Shown: positions 57,432-64,000 of the stretch, piece after piece | How the letters are laid out: each line of letters opens with the position of its first letter | How positions within the stretch are numbered: the first letter of the stretch is position 1 | Position numbers and translations under genes: made by a program | NCBI GenBank assembly: GCA_009914755.4 | Contig: CP086569.2 | Coordinates: forward strand, 6,944,001-7,008,000 | DNA length: 64,000 nucleotides | Direction: 5' to 3' | DNA from: the human T2T-CHM13v2.0 reference genome, Homo sapiens | Notes under the pieces: model-generated | Seen by the model: the letters and a program-made list of their open reading frames with translations, nothing else | Database searches by the model: none | Told to the model about the DNA's origin: nothing

Positions 57432-58340
57432 TTTTTTTTTTTCTTTTTTTTTTTTTTCAGACAGTCTTGCTCTGTCGCCCAGGGAGAAGTGCAGTGGTGC
57501 AGTCACAGCTTGCTGCAGCCACCACCTCCTGGCTCAAGTGATCCTCCTGCTTCTGCCTCCTGAGTAGCTGGGATGACAGGCACACACCACCATGCCTGAC
57601 TGATTTTTTAAAAATTTTTTTGTAGAGATAGGGTCTTGCTATGTTACTCAGGCTAGTTTCGAATTCCTGGGCTCAAGGAATCCACCCACCTCAGCCTCCC
57701 AAAGTGCTGGGATTACAGACATGAGCCACTGCACCCAGCAATTTTTTCTTTTGAGACAGGGTCTTGTTCTGTGTCCATACTTGAGTTCAGTGGTGCAATC
57801 ATAGCTCACTGAAGCCTCTACCTCCTGGGCTCAAGTGATCCTCCTGCCTCAGTTTCTTGGGACCACAGAAGGCTGTAGGTGGGAACACAGGCACACAGCA
57901 GCACATCCAGCTAAATTTTAAATTTTTTGTAGAGATGAGGTCTCATTGTGTTGTCAGGCTGGTCTCGAACTCCTGGGCTCAAGCAATTCTCCTGCCTTGG
58001 GCTCTCAAAGTGCTGGGATTACAGGCACGAACCACTGTGCCCAGTGTTTTTTTCTTTTGAGACAGGGTCTCACTCTGTCGCCCAGTCTGGAGTACAGTGG
58101 CACAATCATAGCTCACTGAAGCCTTGACCTCCTGGGCTCAAGGGATTCTCCTGCTTCAGCCTCCTGAGTAGCTGGGACCACAGGTGCACACCACTACATC
58201 CAGCTAGTTTTTAAATTTTTTGTAGAGACAAGGTCTTCTCTATTGTCCAGGCTGGTCTTGAACTCCTGGGCTCAAGCAGTCCTCCCGCGTTGGCCTCCCC
58301 AAATGCTGGGATGACAGGTGTGAGCCACTGTGCCTAGCCT
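57432..58340 (-). mobile_element. An array of three full-length antisense Alu elements head-to-tail (57432-57738, 57748-58045, 58048-58340)
   Basis: Each starts with a T-run plus gagacagggtcttg.. or cagacagtcttgctctgtcgcccaggg.., and each ends with ..gagccactgcacccagc, ..cgaaccactgtgcccag, or ..gtgagccactgtgcctagcc. Confidence 0.9.
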
Positions 58341-59374
58341 GGGCATGAATTTTTCAGGCAAAAATCTTGAGCTTGCATTCATGCTGATTAGCAGATAGTC
58401 CTTGCAAGTGTAGCTGTCACCACAGATCAGTTTAACTTGCTTAATAATGCCAAATGCCGTATAATGAGAATTTATTCTCCGCTTGGTAAGAATTGGAAGC
58501 AGTCTGTATGTTTAGAGACAGAAATTTGAGGGTTTCAGAGGGCACTGCCCAGGCGTCCGGGGGAGTGCTGTTTCTCAGACACACACACACACTGTCTCTG
58601 CTCTTTCTTTCAGGCAAGATCATCAGTTAGTGCTCACTTATTATTTATTTTTTTCCGCTTATTAATACCTTTCCCATAATCTTATGTAATGTCTACTGTC
58701 CAAGAGCACTTCGTTTAATATTCTCCATAGATGTTTTTAGGTATGTATGAGACATTTGCTCCTGGAGTTTAATGCTCCATTCCTGTATTTGTGCATTATT
58801 CACACAGCTGAATGTATTGACACAGGGTCGCCCCCCAAACCCAGAGAGAAACAGGAATGCGACTCCCCTAACTACTGTTAGAACGCTGCGGGCAGGTGAG
58901 GGAGGATGGGCTCGGGAGGTTGTTAACGTCTGAGGCAGCAGGGTTGGCGCAGATCGCATGAGTGTCTGTACTCAGAGCTCTGCTTCCCAGCCTGGCCTAG
59001 GTGGTTTTTCAGTACGTTGTGGTGGCTCGTAACTCCAGGACCAGCGGCCCAAAGAGATACCCTATTGGGAAACTCACCTTCATGCTAAAGTGCAAGACGA
59101 GCAACTGAAATGTTATTTAAGACGGAAGAAATGCTATGTTAGGGCCACGTCACACATACCTAATCATTTACCTTTCTCTGGTAACTTTCATTTCCTCATG
59201 TAACCCTCCCCCACTTCTCTGTCACCTCTCCCATTGATTTCCATTTTTGTACTTCATATTTCTCCTCTTTGTTTTTCTTTGAATTTTTCTTCACTGCAGT
59301 GTATTGGACAGTTCACATGTGTAGTTCGACGTATGAATGTCCTGACGCTGCAGTTAGAAACTATCACAGACTGG

Positions 59375-59780
59375 AAGGTTTAAACAAGAGAACTTTATCC
59401 TCTCTTAGTCCTGGAGACCAGAAATTTGAGATCAAAGTATCTCAGGACTGTGCTCCAAGGAAGGATCCTTTCTGCCTCTGCCAGCTCCTGGGGCTCCAGG
59501 CATCCCTGGACTTGTGGCCGCATCACTACAGTCTCTGCCTCTGTCCCCATGTGGCCTTCTCCTCTGTGTGTGTGCCTCCTCTTCAGTCCCTTATGACAAT
59601 ACTTGTCATTGGATTTGGACCTACCCTATTCCAGGATGATTTCGTCTGAAGCTCCTCAAGTTAATTCTATCTGCAAAGACCCTATTTCCCAATAAGGTCC
59701 CATTCATAGGTTGTTGGGGCAGGATCACAGATATATCTTTTTGGAGACCTCTCATTCCACCCACTCCATTGAATTTCATT
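59375..59780 (+). mobile_element. MLT1-like ERVL-MaLR LTR
   Basis: ..cacagactggaaggtttaaacaagagaactttatcctctcttagtcctggagaccagaaatttgagatcaaag...cttgtggccgcatcactacagtctctgcctctgtccccatgtggccttctcctctgtg...cttgtcattggatttggacctaccc...ctatctgcaaagaccctatttcccaataaggtcccattcataggt...ctcattccacccac is the same family as the 6262-7158 copies. Confidence 0.6.
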
Positions 59781-60047
59781 AAGGTCAGGAAGTGATTTGG
59801 AAGCTACAAGAGAATTAATTTTGCTCTCTGGCATTTCTGATCATCAATGAGGGTATCATTTGAAAGCTCCATTTTATAAGGTATTTCTATTGCTTGAATA
59901 CCTGGATTAGAGTATTTAAGTCAAAAGAAGCTAAATAGAAAGCATAACTTTGAATCAGTATGAGTCTCTGTCCTGGGCGATATCAGAAAATCTCAGAAGT
60001 ATAACTTGTGCTTCGGACATGTAGGGATCTAGTATACACTTACTGGT

Positions 60048-60440
60048 TGATGATATGGTTTGGCTTCGTGTCCCTACCCAAATCTCATGTTTAAAAGTAA
60101 TCCCCAGTGTTGGAGGCGGGACCTGGTGAGAGGTGGTTGGATCATGGGAGTGGTTTCCGACATTTTAGCAACATTGCCCTAGTATTGTTTCATGATAGAG
60201 TTCTCAGGAGATCTGATGGTTTTAAAGTGTAGTACTTCCTCCTTTGCTTGCTGTTGCTCATCTGCCGCCATGTAAATATGGCCTTGCTTCTCCTTTGCCT
60301 TCAGCCATGATTGTAAGTTTCCTGAGGCCTCCCCAGCCATGCGAAACTGTGAGTCAGTTAAATCTTTTTTCTTTATAAATTACACAGTCTCAGGTAGTTC
60401 GTCGTAGGAGACTGAAAATGGACTAATACAGTTGACTTCT
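60048..60440 (+). mobile_element. MST/THE1-family ERVL-MaLR solo LTR (sense orientation)
   Basis: tgatatggtttggcttcgtgtccctacccaaatctcatgtttaaaagtaatccccagtgttggaggcgggacctggtgagaggtg.ttggatcatgggag...ccgccatgtaaatatggccttgcttctcctttgccttcagccatgattgtaagtttcctgaggcctccccagccatgcgaaactgtgagtcagttaaatcttttttctttataaattacacagtctcaggtagttc...gactaatacag. Confidence 0.75.
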
Positions 60441-60804
60441 AGATTTTCTTGGATTTAGCTTGGTCTTTGCAGTTTTAAGTATTTTTTTTAGTTTATTTAA
60501 CATATTTTTAAAATTTCAAGGTATTACTAAGTCTGCTGGTTTCTTCAGCAGGACTACAGTAGTTTTACTACAGTCGACAGAGCGTAGTATGACAATCTTG
60601 TTTTTACACAGGTACCACTATCTTCCAGGCTGTCTTTTGTATTTCCATCTTTCTTCTGGTCTCTGGGGATCAGTAAATGGTTTTCTTTGGGTAATGAGAT
60701 TTGGTCAGCTTTGCAGACCACCCAGTCTCAGTTACAAGTATAGACTCTGCTCCTGCACATTAAAAGTGGTCATATAGTGAGACCACATCCCAACAGAAAG
60801 TAAA

Positions 60805-60965
60805 AAATTAGCCAGGCATGGTGGCACACACCTGTGGTCTCTGCTACATGGGAGTTTGAGGTGGGAGGATGGCCTCCTGGGGGAGGTCAAGGCTACAGTG
60901 AGCTATGATTGCACCACCGCACTCCAGCCTGGGTGACAGAGTCAAACCCTGTCGCAAAAAAAAGA
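60805..60965 (+). mobile_element. Alu right-arm fragment
   Basis: aaaaattagccaggcatggtggcacacacctgtggtctctgctacatgggagtttgaggtgggaggatggcc...gtgagctatgattgcaccaccgcactccagcctgggtgacagagtcaaaccctgtcgc. Confidence 0.85.
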
Positions 60966-61062
60966 AATTTTTGATAAAGTATAACTGGAGGCTCTTTCAT
61001 TCGGCCTATACACATTGTGTGCCACCTACTGTTCTGTGAATGAGGAATATAAAGAAATTCAC

Positions 61063-61380
61063 TGATGGGTGTGGTGGCTCACATCTTGTAGTCCTAGTAT
61101 TTGGGAAGGTTGAAGTGGGAAGACTGCACAAGCCCAAGAGTTTGAGACCAGCCTGGGCAACATAGTGAGATCTCATCTTTACCAAAAATTAAAAACAAAC
61201 AAACAAACAAAAAACAGCCTGGCATGGTGGTGTGAACCTGTAAACCCAGCTGCTCAGGAGGCTGAGGTAGGAGCATAGCTTGAGCCCTGTAGGTCAAGGT
61301 TCAGTGCAGTGAGCCAGGATCACGCTGCAGTACTCCAGCCTGGGGGCAACAGAGCAAGACCTTGTCTCAAAAAAAAAGGA
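61063..61380 (+). mobile_element. Alu SINE, full length, with a (CAAA)n middle linker
   Basis: gatgggtgtggtggctcacatcttgtagtcctagtatttgggaaggttgaagtgggaagactgcacaagcccaagagtttgagaccagcctgggcaacatagtgagatctc...aaacaaacaaacaaacaaaaaacagcctggcatggtggtgtgaacc.... Confidence 0.9.
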
Positions 61381-61512
61381 CTTCACTGACGTTCAGTTGC
61401 AGTTTATTGTGGGTGCCTTATAGTGCTGTGCAAGCAGGGTCAGTACTGGGCTCTCCAAGGCAGGACATATCGGCTATTGCTTGTGCTGTAGACTGAAGGA
61501 AGCCTCGAGAAA

Positions 61513-61850
61513 GGTGTCCTGTTCTTGGCCATAGTGGCGTATTCACCACTATAAACTTTACTTTAACAATTACTTTATATTTGATTTCATTTCTATTTAT
61601 TTATTTATTTACTCCGTCTCACTCTGTCACCCAGGCTGGAGTGCAGTGGTGCAATTTCATCTCACTGCAACCTCTGCAAGTGTCCTGTTCTTGGCCATAG
61701 TGGCGTATTCACCACTATAAACTTTACTTTAACAATTACTTTATATTTGATTTCATTTCTATTTATTTATTTATTTACTCCGTCTCACTCTGTCACCCAG
61801 GCTGGAGTGCAGTGGTACAATCTCAGCTCGCTGAAACCTCTGCCTCCCAG
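61513..61850 (+). repeat. Tandem duplication of a ~168-bp unit. The unit comprises ~90 bp of unique flank plus the first ~75 bp (the T-rich (TTTA)n leader and the 5' end) of an antisense Alu
   Basis: 61513-61680 (gtgtcctgttcttggccatagtggcgtattcaccactataaactttactttaacaattactttatatttgatttcatttctatttatttatttatttactccgtctcactctgtcacccaggctggagtgcagtggtgcaatttcatctcactgcaacctctgca) recurs almost identically at 61681-61850 and then continues into the rest of the Alu. Confidence 0.9.
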
Positions 61851-62055
61851 GTACAAGTGATTTTCCTGCCTCAGCCTCCCAAGTAGCTGAGATTACAAGC
61901 ACCCACAACCATGCCCAGCTGATTTTTGTATTTTTAGTAGAGACAGCTTTCACTGTGTTGGCCAAGATGGTCTTGAACTCCTTACCTCAAGTGACCTGCT
62001 TGCCTTGGTCTCTCAGAGTGCTGGGATTATAGGCATGAGCGACAGTGCCTGGCCT
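61770..62055 (-). mobile_element. Alu SINE, full length (its 5'-most ~75 bp also form part of the duplicated unit above)
   Basis: tttatttatttatttactccgtctcactctgtcacccaggctggagtgcagtggtacaatctcagctcgctgaaacc ... ggcatgagcgacagtgcctggcc. Confidence 0.9.
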
Positions 62056-62057
62056 GT

Positions 62058-62135
62058 ATTGTATTGTACTGTACTGTACTCTACTGTACTGTACTGCACT
62101 GCACTGCACTGCATTGCACTGCATTGTATTATTTG
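62058..62135 (+). repeat. Pentanucleotide microsatellite (TGTAC/TGCAC/TGCAT)n, about 15 units
   Basis: tgtattgtattgtactgtactgtactctactgtactgtactgcactgcactgcactgcattgcactgcattgtatt. Confidence 0.9.
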
Positions 62136-62169
62136 ACTTGTTTAAAATACTTTATTTTATTTTGTTTTG

Positions 62170-62337
62170 TATTGTATTGTAGACAAGGTCTCACTCTTAT
62201 CACCCAGGCTGGAGTGTGGTGGTGTGATCACAGCTCACTGCAGCCTTGACCTCCTGTGCTCAGGTGATCCTCCCACCTAAGCCTTCCAAGTGGCTGGGAC
62301 CACACATGTATACCACCACACCCAGCTAATTTTTTTT
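62170..62337 (-). mobile_element. Alu fragment (antisense; lacks the left arm)
   Basis: gtagacaaggtctcactcttatcacccaggctggagtgtggtggtgtgatcacagctcactgcagccttgacctcctgtgctcaggtgatcctcccacctaagccttccaagtggctgggaccacacatgtataccaccacacccagctaatttttttttttttt. Confidence 0.8.
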
Positions 62338-63187
62338 TTTTTTAAGACTGGGTTGTGCCCTATTTCCCAAGCTTATTTTATTTTTTAAATTGATACATAA
62401 TAATTGTACATATTCATGGGGTACACAGTGATGCTTTGATACGAAGAATGGAGTAATCAGATCAGAGTAATTAGCATATCCATCATCTCAATCATTTACC
62501 ATTTATTTGTGTTAGGAACATTCAGTATCCTCTTTCTGTCTGTTTGAAACTATACGACATGTTATTGCTAATTATAGTCACCCTACAGGGCTATAGAACA
62601 CTGGAACATATTCATCCTATCTGGTTGTAATTTTATATCCTTTAACAAAGCACTCCCTGTCTCTCATGTCTTCCCTTCCCAGCCTCTAGTATCCTCTGTT
62701 CTTCTTTATCCTTTTAGGAGATGAGCTTTTTTTAAGCTTCCACGTATGAGTAAACAGAAGTGCTGTTTAATGTTCTTTTCCTGGCTTATTTCACCTAACA
62801 TAACATCCTCCAGTTTCATGCATGTTGCTGCCAATCAGAGGATTGTATTCCTTTTCATGGCCGAATAGTATTCTGTGTGTAGATACCACCTTTTCTTTAC
62901 CTGTCTGCTCATCTGTTGATGGGCACCTACGTTGATTCCCTATGTTGGCTGTTGTGAATAGTGCTGTGGTAAACATGGGCATGCCGATGTCTCTCCAGTA
63001 TCATGACTTCCTTTCTTTTGAACAAATACCTAGTAATGTGATGGCTGGGTCATACGCCAGCCATCTATTATACTCCATAATAGATGGGAGTTCTATTTCT
63101 AGTTTTTCGAGGAACCTCCATACTCTTCTTTATGGTGGCTCTACTAGTATACATTCCCATCAACATTGCATAAGAGTTCCCTTTTCT

Positions 63188-63519
<332 letters not shown>

Positions 63520-63550
63520 TCACCAGCATTGTTATTTTTGTGTGTATACG

Positions 63551-63848
63551 TTTTTTTTTTTTGTTTTTTGTTTTTGTTTTTGTTTTTTTTTAGACAGAGT
63601 TTCACTCTTGTCACCCAGGCTGGAGTGCAGTGGCACAATCTTGGCTCACTACAATGTCCATCTCCAGGGATTCAAGTGATTCTCTTGCCTCAACCTTCCA
63701 AGTAGCTGGGACTACAGGCGCTGACCACCACACTTGGCTAATTTTTGTATTTTTAGTAGAGACGGGGTTTCACTGTTGGCCAGGCTGATCTCAAATCCTG
63801 ACCTCAGGTGATCCACCCCTTTCAGCCTCCCAAAGTGCTGGGATTACA
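63551..63848 (-). mobile_element. Alu SINE (antisense, slightly truncated) inserted into the same L1
   Basis: A T/(TTTTG)n leader then tagacagagtttcactcttgtcacccaggctggagtgcagtggcacaatcttggctcactacaatg...ctcaaatcctgacctcaggtgatccacccctttcagcctcccaaagtgctgggattacag. Confidence 0.85.
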
Positions 63849-64000
63849 GTGTCTTTTTGATAATAGCCATCTTAACTGGGTTGAGATGATTGACACCTCA
63901 TTGAGTTTTTGATTTGCATTTCCCTGATGATTAGTGACGTTGAGCATTTTTTTCATATACATGTTGGCCTTTTCCATGTATTCTTTTGAGAAATGCCTGT

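Overview
This is a human-type, Alu-dense intronic window on a sex chromosome. It carries three consecutive internal coding exons of the PRKX/PRKY cAMP-dependent serine/threonine kinase on the + strand, at 12260-12428, 34230-34493 and 49439-49548. All three have canonical AG/GT splice sites and intact reading frames. Two substitutions at residues that are otherwise conserved across PKA-family kinases (Arg for Leu in V-I-R-[L/R]-K-Q, and His for Arg in R-N-R-G-[R/H]-F-S), a third diagnostic difference (W-H-E-E-R instead of W-H-D-E-R), and the + orientation all favour the Y-linked copy PRKY over PRKX. That assignment is an inference and needs alignment to both loci.

The remaining ~98% of the window is intron. 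Alu SINEs make up at least a quarter of the sequence, with about 70 copies or fragments (44 antisense to the gene, 26 sense). Six 5'-truncated L1 3'-end fragments are all antisense to the gene. Several ERVL-MaLR LTRs (MLT1-like, THE1/MST-like), one ERV9-type LTR fragment and hAT-type miniature inverted-repeat elements (MITEs) are also present.

Structure beyond ordinary interspersed repeats:
- A 1.4-kb AT-rich minisatellite with a 24-bp unit, immediately followed by six copies of a GC-rich 58-bp minisatellite whose last unit supplies the 3' splice site of the 34230 exon.
- A four-copy local array of a MITE-like element, each copy followed by a compound GATA/GATG microsatellite (18340-21790).
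- Several small tandem segmental duplications: a GA-rich module at 11285-11700, MLT1 copies at 6262-7158, a duplication across an Alu junction at 61513-61850, and a (GA)n module at 28905-29090.
- A 680-bp (CCAT/TCTA)-type compound microsatellite, long polypurine and polypyrimidine tracts, and two AT-rich islands.
- A textbook Alu insertion with a 15-bp target-site duplication inside an L1.

I found no prokaryotic-style system, rRNA, tRNA or CpG island. Repeat coordinates are approximate (about +/-10 bp); exon coordinates were counted base by base.
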